From Selaginella moellendorffii (lineage: Eukaryota > Plantae > Lycopodiophyta), in contig NW_003314292.1 of the NCBI RefSeq assembly GCF_000143415.4, positions 999,498 through 1,063,497 of the forward strand: DNA of 64,000 nt, written 5' to 3'. Each line of letters opens with the position of its first letter. Position 1 is the first letter of the stretch. The notes under the pieces were generated by a model. That model had not been told where the DNA came from, did not search any database, and was given only the letters and a program-made list of their open reading frames with translations. Shown here piece after piece: positions 49,135 through 60,877 of the stretch. The position numbers and the translations under genes were made by a program.

Positions 49135-52100
49135 TTAATTGAATTTTGCATAAGTACATAGAGTTCTGCCTTGCAGAAATTCCTCCACTAGTTCTCGAGC
49201 GTTCGCTAGGTTCTCCTCCGGTTCCCATGTTGCTTCGCAGTGTGGAAATCCTCTCCACTTCACATGGAACTCTCTCACCTCGCGTCTTTGTCGCTTGCTC
49301 TTGCGCGCATTGAGGATGGCCTCGACTTCGTATTCCTCTTCCCCTTGGATAACCTCAGGCAAAGGTCTCACTTGGTCCTTGCGAAGTGGATCCTCAAAGT
49401 ACGGCTTGAGTAAGTTCACGTGGAACACGGGGTGCATCTTCCCCATCTCTCGAGGAAGTCGGAGTCGGTAAGTTACTTTACCGATTCGTGCCTTAATCTC
49501 GTAAGGCCCCGCGAACCTGCTTAAGGAACTCAAGATCAATTCATTTACAGGAATACATGCATCTTTACCTTTGGGTCAACTTTCGGCTGATCCCACTTGG
49601 TAGTCTGAGGTTCTTGGTGTTCAGCCACACCTTCTCCCCAGCTTGGAACTCTACATCCCGACGCTTCTGGTTCGCGTATTTGGTTTGCCTTTGTTGAGCC
49701 CGTTCCAAGGAATCCCTCACTAGATTCCAAATGCTGAGTCTTTCCGCCGTGAATGCCTCCACTGCGGGCAACTCTCCATGATACTCGGCCACGCCGAGTT
49801 CCACAGGACCTTCAATAGCTCGCCCATTGATGACTTCCCATGGACTCACCCCGATACTCGAATGTGGTGAGTTGTTATAACACATTTCCGCAAGTCCCAA
49901 ATGACTTACCCAATCGGTCTGGTCTCCCGAGACATAGCATCACAAATAATCCTCCAGCTGCCTATTCACCCTTTCCGTTTGTCCGTCTGTCAAGAAGTGT
50001 TAGTGCCAACAACTTGACTTAATACCCCATACCTGTCTGTGGGTGATAGGCTGTGCTGAATTTCAACTTGGTGTGATACTGTTCGAGGAGAGTCCTCCAG
50101 AACTTACTGGTGAAGATCTTATCTCGATCTGAGATGATCTCTTCTGGTCTTCCCCGCACTCGAACCACTTGCTCGAAGAACAGCTTCGCCACACCTTCCG
50201 CATCCACTTCTGTTGTGGTGGGTATGAAATGTGCCATTTTCGAAAATCGGTCCACCACCACGAATATCGCATCAAACCCCTCGCTTGGGGGGAGTCCCGT
50301 GATGAAGTCCATCGTAAGACATTTCCACGGGCGATCTGGAATTGGGATGCTTTGCAACAAGCCCCCACTAGCCTTAGTCACGGCTTTTACCTGCTGACAT
50401 GTTGGACATGTCTTTACATAGTCTTGGACGTCCTTAGCCATATCTGGCCAATGGTACTTCCTCTTGAGTAAGCCCATCGTCTTGGGCACTCCACCGTGTC
50501 CCGCAAGAGGTCCGTCATGACACTCTTCTAAGGCCACCTTCATTAGTTCCCCTTCTGGAACATACACCCTCGTTTGCTTGTAATAAATGAGTCCGTTGCG
50601 TTCCGCATAGCCCGTTTTCTCTTCCGTTGGCAGCTCACCTCTCTGGTGAGCTTCCCGCGCCTCTAGATTCCTCAGCAACACTTCCTGTGCTAGACCATCG
50701 TTCTCATATGCTGTCCGCACATCGTCCCAAAAGGTTGCTGTTGCGCTGGATATTGCCAACTTCAAGCTCGCTTTTCGACTTAGCGCATCCGCCACGATGT
50801 TGCTCTTCCCAGGCTTGTACAGAATTTCGCAATCAAACTCGGCCAAGGCATTGGCCCACCGACCTTGTTTCCCTCTTAGGTCGGGCTGTGACAAGAAGTG
50901 TTTCGTTGCCACATTGTCCGTGTAAACCTTGAAGTGTCTCCCAAGGTAGTGTCGCCACTCCTTGAGTGCCTTGACCACCGCAAACAATTCCTTCTCGTGG
51001 GCAGGCCACTTCCGTTGAGCCTTGTCCAGCTTCTTCGAGAAGAACGCTACCGGATGGTTGTCTTGCTTCAGAACTGCACCCAACGCAAAGTCCGAAGCAT
51101 CCGTTTCTACCTCAAAGTCCTTACCAAAGTCTGGTAATGCCAATACGGGAGCCTTCCTCAACTTCCCTTTGAGGTGGACGAATGCCGCCTCGCATTCTGC
51201 TGTCCATACCATCTTCCCTTTTCCTGTTTGGTCCGTTAAGGGTAGGGCTACTCTCGAATAGTGTCTGATAAACTTTCGATAGTAGTTGCATAGCCCCAGG
51301 AACGCCCTCAACTCATGTACATTCGATGGTCGCTCCCATTCCTGGATCGCTTGGACCTTCTCCGGGTCCACCTTGAGCCCGTCCTGGCCCACCACATGCC
51401 CGAGAAACTTTACCTCTTGTTGAGCAAAGTCACATTTGCTCTCTTTAGCATACAGCTTGTGTTCCCTTAGTTTCTCAAACACCTTCGCCAAGTGTTCGGC
51501 ATGCTCTTCTAGCGTCTCGCTATAGATCAGGATGTCGTCGATATAGACAACCACGAAGTGATCCAGATAGGGTACAAAGACGTGGTTCATTAGCGCCGAA
51601 AACGTTGCCGGTGCATTACATAGCCCGAAGGGCATCACCAGAAATTCAAAGCTCCCATACCTCGTTCGACAGGTTGTCTTCTCGACATCTTCCTCGGCTA
51701 CCCTGATCTGGTAGTATCCTGACCTTAGGTCAATCCTCGAAAAGTATTTTGCCTTTCCCAACCTATCGAACAGGTCCTCAATCCTTGGCAAAGGGTACTT
51801 GTTCTTCTTTGTATACTTGTTGAGCAAGCGGTAGTCTATGCACATGCGCATAGATCCATCTTTCTTTTTCACAAATAACACCGGCGCCCCATACGGCGAC
51901 TTGCTCAACCTAACATACCCTTTGTCCACCAACTCCTCTAGTTGGCACTTGAGCTCCTTGAGTTCTTTTTCGTTCAAACGATAAGGGGGACGAACCACTG
52001 CCTCAGCACCCTCGACCAGCTCAATCTTATGTTCTATCGGTCGTGCTGGGGGCAGCCCCGCCGGTAGCTCCTCCGGCATGGTATCCTGGAATTGGTCCAA

Positions 52101-53906
52101 CACCCGTTGGATCACTAAAGGTACTTCTTCCATTCCTGTCTTTCTGTCACTCTTCACCGAGAGTAAGCACAAAAAGGCCGCCTTAGTTCCCTTAGTGAGT
52201 TGTCCTCTCGTGGACACCAAGTTTAAGCAGGAATCTTTGGCCTTGCTTTGCCCTACCTTTAGATTTTGGGCCTCCACCCTAGATCTTCTTCCTTGGGCAT
52301 TCGCCAGTACCACAAGGTTTCTACCTTGTCCATGCAGGGCTACCACGAATCGATTGAACCAGTCCATTCCGAAGATCACGTCAAATCCCGCCATGTCCAA
52401 CACGGTGAAGTCCATGTCCACCTTCCAAGTCCCCACTTCGACTCTCGCTTGTTGAAGTACCTCATCGGTGCTTTGGCTACCTTGAACAAACTCTATAATC
52501 CTTGGTTCGCCTAGCCACTGCACCATTAGTCCGGCTTGCCGAACTATGTCTGCAGCCACAAAATTATCCGAAGCACCCGTGTCAATAAGGATTTTAACAA
52601 AGCTACCTCCGAGCTTCCCTCGGAGGGCTAGTAGATGTCGCGAACGACTCTCTACCAAAGTTGCTCGTGTAATGAGTAACTTTGAGTTAGGGGCTGGATC
52701 ACATACCTCTGTTTGGACTTCACCCGACTTGATGGCCATATTGGCTCTGGCCTTCTTCGGGTAGGGACATTCCCTCGAGAAGTGTCCCGCTTCACCGCAG
52801 TTGTAGCATACGTTGTTTCCCACGCTGCTATATGACTTGACCTTCTTATCCGTGGGTTTGTCTCTTTTCACCTGACTCCCCCACGTACTTGCTCGCTGGC
52901 CACCGGATCTGCCTTTCCGGAACCCCGAGGACTCATTCTTAGAGAAACTCTTCTTGAATTTCCCTCTGCTAAACGTTCCCCTTGGTTTGGCCCCTTTGCT
53001 AAACGTGGATCCCGACCCCGTCGTGTTCCCCTTTCGCAGGTTATCGTTGAAATGCACCTTGATGGCCGCATCCAACGCTTCTTTGTAGTTGGTCGGGTTC
53101 CACCGCATTACTTCGCCGCGAGCCCAGGTTTGCAAACCTGATATGAAGGCATGGAACGCATCCATATCCCCCATGTCCGTGACAAGTATCCTCTTTGCCA
53201 TAAACCCATTCACATACTCCTGAATGGCTCCGGTCTGCTTCAGCCTACTCAGCTCGTCCCTTAGATGCAGAGTAGCATTCGGAGGAACGTAAGTTGCGCG
53301 GATCCTCGCCTTCATCATTTCCCAAGTGGCCACCGGTCCTTCGTTGGCCTCTGTCGTTCTCCACCAAGACTTGGCATTATCTGCCAAGTATGGTTTTGCA
53401 CATGGGACCTTCTCCGAGCTTGGTAATCGCAACGCTCGGAAGTAGTCCTCCATATCGTAGAACCAATCCTCCACCACCTTATAGTCGTTCACTCCCTTGA
53501 AGACCGGTGGGGGCTTTGGTTTGTACTTGGGAACTGCCTGAGGGACCGATTCCACTTCGGTCTGTTCGACCTTGTCTGGTTTTGCCTTAGTCCCTGTCGA
53601 AGGGTCCGCACCTTCTGCGCTGCCAGCATCCGCAGTTTTTCGCTTTTTCTTCCGCTTCTCATCACGCTTTAGCTTGCGTACGAGAGTCTCTAGCAGGGCA
53701 TTGGTCTGTGCCAATTGTCCTTCTAGAACATCCAATCGAGCCTTGGACGACCGAACCTCACCACCAGACTCCTGTTTGGAAGTTGCATCACTGGAGTCCT
53801 CCTCATGCAAGGATTCCTCATCCATCGCCTCCTGTTCGACCGGAGGCTCCAGCTCTGGAGGAGGTTCCGTCTCTGCCTGGGTTCGCTTACGTCCTGCCCT
53901 TGCCAT
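49135..53906 (-). CDS. Gag-Pol polyprotein whose integrase C-terminal part and chromodomain are reached only by removing two introns. This copy also has a CGA>TGA nonsense change near 49940.
   Basis: [14 protein letters not shown] knuckle, LIDTGAS protease, RT MPFGL..YIDD, RNase H ETDAS, integrase HHCC, MDFI and ISDRD, HPQT|DGQTER, KLTQ|RFAGPY, MHPVFHV and chromodomain [23 protein letters not shown]. Confidence 0.92.
49517..49568 (-). other. 52-nt GT-AG intron 2 within the integrase GPY/F region
   Basis: CAAAG|GTAAAG...CCTTAAGCAG|GTTC. Removal restores KLTQRFAGPY. Confidence 0.85.
49987..50032 (-). other. 46-nt GT-AG intron 1 within the integrase core
   Basis: CAGACAG|GTATGG...CACTAAC..TTCTTGACAG|ACGGA. 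Removal restores HPQTDGQTER. Confidence 0.85.
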
Positions 53907-53947
53907 CTCTCAGCAATCCGCCTCTATCCTTCGCTAGAACTGAGGAA

Positions 53948-53963
53948 GAGGCTCCGATACCAA
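53948..53963 (-). promoter_or_regulatory. Primer-binding site (tRNA-iMet) of element 1
   Basis: TGGTATCGGAGCC just inside the 5' LTR. The same PBS occurs at 58858-58870 on the plus strand. Confidence 0.85.
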
Positions 53964-53965
53964 AT

Positions 53966-55115
53966 TGTAAGCCACAAATTTTTCCTTTCCAATTTGCCAG
54001 TTTACCTCGTCTATCCGTCCAACACTGCCTTGGCTTTTGCTAAGTTCCCTCGCCAAGGTTCTCGCCTATGGTACCAGCTCCTACTTGGTTTCAGCTACTC
54101 ACTGCACGAGCAACGGAGTGTTAGCCATCCTTCCACGGATTCCCAAATCACTCCCAATCCCCCTCCCCGGGTTAGACTGGACTTAAGGTTCGGCTACACT
54201 CCCCGCAAGCACAAGCAGCCAAGCACACCAAGCTTCCAGGTTCCTAACATCCCTTGGTACCACAAGACTTGATCATGGGACCCTCTAAATCCCAAGTCTT
54301 GAGTGCAACACTTGCTTCGGGACGCCGGGGCGAAACACCGTGGCCTAGTGGCCCGGTATGGGTACCTCTCGCCCCCCACTTCCATCCCGAAGGAAGGCCC
54401 AAGCCCCTAGGAAGGGCGAGGACCAATGAGCCGCATGGTACTCAAGTGGGGCACCACTCCACATGAGCCGGGAGCACCGCAATCGGTTTCCCTTTCGGGA
54501 GTGGGAGCTGCTCTTGAGTACTTCCTTGGATGGCCCCTCCGGCACCAGCCAAGTCCATGCTCACTCCCACCCAAGGCCCCTCGGTCCCAGTCTCAACCTC
54601 AAGTCGGTTTGGAAGCCCAACTGGAGAGTCCCTTCAAAACTGGTTCCTGGACCTCACTATCCCTACTATACTTTTGGAACCCCCTGCAGCCCCCCCCCCC
54701 ATGGGAGACGCACGCTTTGGGCTTTCACCCCTTGACCCGTATTAGTATTTGGACTTAGTCTCTGGCTCGATCTCGGACCCGATTTCGGATCCGACTTCGG
54801 ATTCGGGTTCGGACTCGATCACGGACTCGATCTCGGACCCGATCTCGGACTCGACCTCGGACTCGACCTCGGACTCGGTCTCGGACCCGATTTCGGATCT
54901 CGGACTCCGTCTCGAACTCGGTCTCGAACTCGGACTCGAACTTGGCCCCCGAGTCGGTCTCGGACTCGATTCCGGACTCTATCTCGAACTCGGTCCTAGA
55001 GTCGGTCTTGGACTCGATCCTCGACTTGGTCCCATCCGATAAACTCTTTGTCATTTCGGTCAAGCTTTTTGGGGATCCTTTAGCCTACGACATCTCGGGG
55101 AGTCAGTTCCTTACA
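53966..55115 (-). repeat. 5' LTR of element 1
   Basis: 1150 bp with TG..CA termini, flanked on its outer side by TSD TTCTT (55116-55120). Confidence 0.96.
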
Positions 55116-55859
55116 TTCTTTAGAAGTTCCACTTATGTTTTTAACTTTCCAAGTTGATGCAAATGTGTTACATTTGTTAAACTTTTACCTTGGCCACTAT
55201 CACATTCAACTCCACTTTGGGATTTTTGTATTATATAGAATTATGCTGCTACAAAGGAGTAAATTACTCTATTATGAAAATGAATGAAAAGAAGAAAAAC
55301 AAAAGAGACAAATGGAAAACCTACAAAAAAAAAGAGATCTAGGCAATGGAAAAGTTATATCTAAATAAAAAAATGCAAATCTAAACACTCCTCAAGGATT
55401 AATGAGAAAATGAAATATAGTCTAAAACTATTAAATTATTTAGTCCAATCTGAATCCTACTATGCTAATAATAACATTTAGCATCGTAGTTGTATATCTG
55501 AACTTCACAGAAGATAATGATTAATTTATTAATTAAATATTTATAAAAAATTTACTAGTTTTTAATTTAAATTTTATTTATGAATTAAAATTATACTAAT
55601 TATTTTATTTAAAACTAATTAAGATACTAAAATAAAATATTATTTATTGTAATTTTACATATAATTTTTAAAACTAAATATAATTATGAAATATTATATA
55701 ATAAAGTTTAGGTAGTTATTGTTTTTTAATTAAGAAAAATCACTTTATACATAGTCTAGAATTTACATACATTTAAACACCTTTCTTTACCTATCTAATA
55801 TAGTAAATTTCTAAAAACTTCTTATTGAATATAAAATGATATTTAATTAATTTGGTGAA

Positions 55860-56018
55860 GTGTTAAAGAGCCACTCTAACTCCCTTAAAAATCAAATAGT
55901 CAATGCTCCCAATCTAAGTGTAGGTGGCATTACCTACTTAGATATTTAGTGTGGTTCATCAAAACTTCATTCTAGCCAAATAGTTAGAGCACTTAAGGGC
56001 AAAAGGTGGGGAGAGTAA
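55860..56018. mobile_element. Decayed family-B LTR fragment in inverted orientation, flanking element 2
   Basis: Reverse complement resembles 47085-47210 and 57280-57410. Confidence 0.6.
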
Positions 56019-59000
56019 TGTAAGGAACCAACTCTCCGAGGTGTTGTAGGCTAAAGGATCCCCAAAAGCACGACCAAAATGGTAAAGAGTTCATCGGATG
56101 GAACCAAGTCTGAGATCGAGTCCAAGACCGACTCTGAGACCGAGTTCAAGATAGAGTCCGGGATCGAGTCTGAGGCCAACTCTGAGACCGAGTTCGAGAC
56201 AGAGTCTGAGATCTGAGATGGGGTCCGAGACCGAGTCCAAGATCGGGTCCGAGACCGAGTCCGAGGTTGAGTCTGAAGTCGAGTCCGAGATCAGGTCTGA
56301 GGTCAAGTCCGAGACCGAGTTCGAAGTCGGGTCCAAGATCAAGTCCGAGACTGAGTCTAAGTACTAATACAGGTTGAGGGGTGAAAGCCCAAAGCGTGTG
56401 TCTCCCAAGGGGAGGGGGGGGGAGGGGGTTGCAAGGGGGTTCCAAAAGTATAGAAGGGATAGTGAGGTCTAGGAATCAGTCTTGAAGGAACTCTCCAGTG
56501 GTGCTTCCAAACTAATTTGAGGTTGAGACTGGGGCTGAGGGGCCTTGGGTGGGAATGAGCATGGACTCGGGTGGTGCCAGAGGGGTCACCCAAGGAAGTG
56601 CTCAAGAGCAGCTCCCACTCCCGGAAGGGAAACCAACTGTAGTGCTCCTGGCTCATATGTGTAAGCAACTAAATTTTCCATTCTACTTTAGTCACTTAAC
56701 CACACCTTTGACCACTTGGAGGAGTCTTACTCACAACCTCTATAAGTCCTATTTTGGACTTAGGGACTTGCTAGCCCCAAGAATGGCATCCATGCCATTC
56801 AACCATTGCACTTGGTCTAAGTGCTCCACATGTCCGATCCTATGACCGACACCTTAAGGTACCACCGACATATCAGCCCATTATGCTAATGCCATACCCA
56901 TTCACCTTGGTCACATCGGTGGTCTGACACCACCTACATCACAGCCCCGTCTCTCAAAAACTGGGCCATCCATCCATGAGTGATCATCCTAGATCCACTC
57001 TTTAGCATCCTTAGGATGCTTGCAGGCATGGGGATTAACCTTCCCCAATATGTTTTTTCTAGTCCCTATCAAGTCCCTTTCTGCCCATAGCTATGTTCGC
57101 CAACACTACCACTGGATCGAGGGCCATAGGCCCAACCACTAAGTCCCATGGTCCTCTAGGACTTCTTCACCACCCAATTGTATCTTTGGTCACTACACCA
57201 GAGGACTAATCCTTTTCCTTTCCACACTTTGGGCCTTTGGGACAACATCTCGGAACACCGTGGCCCTACGCGAGCCTCATGGGTACTCTCCCTGCCTTCC
57301 ACCTTTGGGTGCTCTAGCCATGGACTTAGAGCGAGGTTCCGTTGAGCCACACCAGGTATCCAAGTAGGTAATGCCACCCACACTTGGATTGGGAGCATCG
57401 ACCATTCGATCTCCTGGGGGAACTAGAGCTGGCTTTTGAACACTTCACTAAGCTACCTTATTTGTAAATCTGTATTCACTCTAGCTTTGGACTTCCCAAT
57501 CGTTATTCCATCACCCAACCCCTAGGGACAACCTTCCTGGGACAAACTGGCTTTTCCTGGCCAAATTGGCTCCATTGGAGTCCTCCCCCTATTATATTTT
57601 TGGAGCTCACCAAACCCCCCAAGGTTTGGGAGACGAACGCTTTGGGCTTTCACCCCCTCAGACTCGTACTTAGACTTGGACTCGGACTTGAACTTGGACT
57701 CCACCTCGGACTCGGACTCAAACTCGGACTCAAACTCGGACTCAAACTCGGACTTGGACTTAGACTCGGACACGGGCTTAGGCTCGGTCTTGGCCTCGGC
57801 CTCAGTCTCGGTCTCAGTCTCGGTCCCGGTCTCGATGTCGATCTCGACTTCAGACTCCATCTCGGACTCCATCTCAGGTCCATCTCGGGTCCATCTTAGA
57901 CTCCATCTTGGGTCCATCTCGGACTCCATCTTGGGTCCACTCGGACTCCATCTCGGACTCCATCTCAGGTCCATCTCAGACTCCATCTCGGACTCCATCT
58001 CGGACTCCATCTCGGGTCTATTTTGGACTCCATCTCGGACTCCATCTCGGGTCCATCTTGGACTCCATCTCGAGTCCATCTCGAACTCCATCTCGGTCCA
58101 TCTCGGACTCCATCTCGGGTCCATCTTGGACTCCATCTCGGGTCCCTTTTCTAGAGACTCATTTATTGCCTACTTTGTGCTTGTTCCTCGAGCCCTTTGT
58201 TGGGAGTTCCACTCCCACTCTCAACCTTTCAAATCAGAGCTTTTAATCCAAACATGTTATGTTTGTTTGGCTTTCGCTTCAGCCACTACCACGTGGCACC
58301 CTTTTGGCTCCACTTTGGGGTCTAGGGATTTTGTGTCTCACAATGTGGAGTGGTGCTCCACTTGAGTACCTTGCGGCTCATTGGTCCTCACCCTTCCTAG
58401 GGGCTTAGGCTTTCCCTTCTGGATGGAAGTGGGGGGGGGTAGAGGAACCCATACCGGGTTGTTAAGCCATGGTGTTTTGCCCTGGCGTCCCGAAGCAAGT
58501 GTTGCACCTAAGGCTTGGGATTTAGAGGGTCCCATAATTAAGTCTTGTTGTACCAAGGGAGGTTAGGAACCTGGAGGCTTGGTGTGCTTGGTTGCTTGTG
58601 CTTGCGGGGAGCATAGCCGAACCTTAAGTCTAGTTTAACCCGGGGAGGGAAATTGGGAGAGATTACTGAATCCGTGGATGGATGGCTAACACTTCGTTGC
58701 TCGTGCAGTAAATAGCTGAAACCAAGTAGCACCAAGTAGGAGCTGGTACAATAAGCGGGAACCTTGGTGAAGGAACTTAGCTAAAGCTAAGGCAGTGTTG
58801 GTCAGATAGACGAGGTAAGCTAGTAAATTGGAAAGGAAAAATTTGTGGCTAACAATTTGGTATCGGAGCCTTTTCCTCAGTTTTAGCAAAGGATAGAGGC
58901 GGATTGTTAGGGGATGACAAAGGCAGGGCGGAAATGAACCAAGGTGGAGACGGAACCTCCTCCAAAGCTGGAGCCTCCAGTCGAACAAGAGGCTATGGAT

Positions 59001-60877
59001 GAGGAATCCTTGCATGAGGAGTACTCCAGTGAGGAAACTTCCAAACAAAATTCTGGTGGTGAGGTTCGGTCATCCAAAGCTTGATTGGATGTTTTAGAAG
59101 GACAATTGGCACAAACCAATGCCCTGCTGGAGATATTCATACACAAGCTAAAGCGTGACGAGAAGCAGAAGAAAAAGCAAAAGACTACGGATGCTGGCTG
59201 CGCAGAATGTGGGGACCTTTTGGCAGGGACTGAGGCAGAACCAAACAAGGTTGAACAGACTGAAGTGGAATCAGTCCCTCAGGCAGTTCCCAAGTACAAA
59301 CCAAAGTCTTCAAGGGAGTGAATGACTATAAGGTGGTGGAAGATTGGTTTTACAATATGGAGGATTACTTTCGAGCATTGCAGTTGCCAAGCTGGGAGAA
59401 GGTCCCATGTGCAAAACCATACTTGGCAGATAATGCTAAGTCTTGGTGGAAAAAGACAGAGGCCAATGAAGGACCGGTGGCTACTTGGGAAATGATGAAG
59501 GTGAGGATCCGCGTGACTTATGTTCCTTTGAATGCTACTCTGCATCTAAGGGATGAGCTGAGTAGGCTGAAGCAAACCGGAACCATTCAAAAGTATGTGA
59601 ATGGGTTTATGGCAAAGAGGATACTTGTCATGGATATGCGTGATATGGATGTGTTCCATGCCTTCATATTAGGCTTGCAAATCTGGGCTCACGACGAGGT
59701 GATACGTTAGAACCCAACCAACTACAAGGAAGCGTTGGATGTGGCAATCAAGATGCATTTAAATGATAACTTGCGAAAGGGGAACATGATGGGGTCGGGG
59801 TCCAGGTTTAGCAAAGGGGCCAAACCAAGGGGAACATATAGTAAAAGGAAATTCAAGAGGAGTTTCTCTAAGAATAAGTCTTCAGGGTTCCAGAAAGGCA
59901 AATCCGATGGCTAGCGAGCAAGTACGTGACGGAGTCAAACAAAAAGAGACAAACCCATGGATAAGAAGGTCAAGTCTGTTAGTAGTGTGGGAAACAATGT
60001 ATGCTACAACTGCGGTGAAGTGGGACACTTTTCGAGGGAATGTCTCTACCCGAAGAAGGCTAGAGCCAATATGGCCATTAATTTGGGTGAAATCCAAACT
60101 AAGGTATGTGATCCAGTCCCTAACTCAAAGTTACTCATTACACTAGCAACTTTGGTAGAGAGTTGTTCGCGACATCTACTAGCCCTCAGAGGAAAACTCG
60201 GAGGTAGCTTTGTTAAAATCCTTATTGACACGGGTGCTTCGGATAATTTTGTGGTTGTAGACATAGTTCGGCAAGCTGAACTAATGGTGTAGTGGTTGGG
60301 TGAACCAAGGACGATAGAGTTTGTTCAAGGTAGCCAAAGCACCGATGAGATACTTCGACAAGCGAGAGTCGAAGTAGGGACATGGAAAGTAGACATGGAT
60401 TTCACCGTGTTGAACATGGCGGGATTTGACGTAATCTTTGGAATGGATTGGTTCAATCGGTTCGTAGTAGCCCTACATGAACAAGGGAGGAACCTTGTGG
60501 TACTAGCGAATGCCCAGGGAGAACGATCTAGGGTGGAGGCCCAAGATCTAAAGGTAAGGCAATGTAAGGCCAAAGATTCCTACTTAAACCTGGTGTCCAC
60601 GAGAGGACAACTCACTAAAGGAACCAAGGTAGCATTTTTGTGCTTACTCTCGGTGAAGAGTGACAAAAAGACAGGAACAGAAGAAATACTTTTAGTGATC
60701 CAGTGGGTGTTAGACCAATTCCAGGATACCATACTAGAGGAGCTATCGATGGGGTTGCCCCCTGCATGACCGATAGAGCACAAGATTGAGCTAGTCAAGG
60801 GTGCTAAGGTGGTGGTTTGTCCCCCCTATCGTTTGAACGAAAAGGAACTCAAGGAGCTCAAACGCCAACTAGAAGAG
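56019..60877 (+). mobile_element. Degenerate family-A copy (element 2): 5' LTR 56019-58854 split by a solo LTR, PBS and gag-PR with stops, interrupted by element 3
   Basis: TGTAAGGAAC start, ...GTGGCTAACA end and PBS. ORFs 59085-60769 match element 1 Gag/PR with premature stops. Confidence 0.9.
56660..58342. mobile_element. Solo LTR of related family B (about 1.68 kb) nested in the LTR of element 2
   Basis: TGTAAGC...CTCACA termini, flanks ATATG / ATGTG (TSD with one transition). The host LTR sequence resumes exactly after it. Contains a (GGACTCCATCTC)n array. Confidence 0.8.

Larger units (their letters stand above)
47583..55115 (-). mobile_element. Full-length chromodomain Ty3/gypsy LTR retrotransposon (element 1, family A)
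   Basis: Two 1150-bp TG..CA LTRs, TTCTT target-site duplication on both sides, iMet PBS, and gag-PR-RT-RH-IN-chromodomain order. Confidence 0.97.
46850..55235. mobile_element. Old, decayed family-B LTR remnant split by insertion of element 1 (parts about 46850-47582 and 55116-55235)
   Basis: Segments align by eye with solo LTR 56660-58342, e.g. ccactaagtcccat..gacttcttcaccac, and gagactca..tttgtgcttgtt continuing after the insertion as agttccact. Left boundary is approximate. Confidence 0.65.

Noticed and set aside
47085-56018. Inverted similarity between about 47085-47210 and 55890-56018 as TIRs of a DNA transposon
   Set aside because: Both match an internal part of the family-B LTR, so they are two oppositely oriented remnants rather than terminal repeats.
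57522-58365. Ser-Asp / Met-Glu-Ser-Glu repeat ORFs, and CRISPR-like appearance of the arrays
   Set aside because: These are translations of the LTR minisatellite. There are no unique spacers and the context is eukaryotic.
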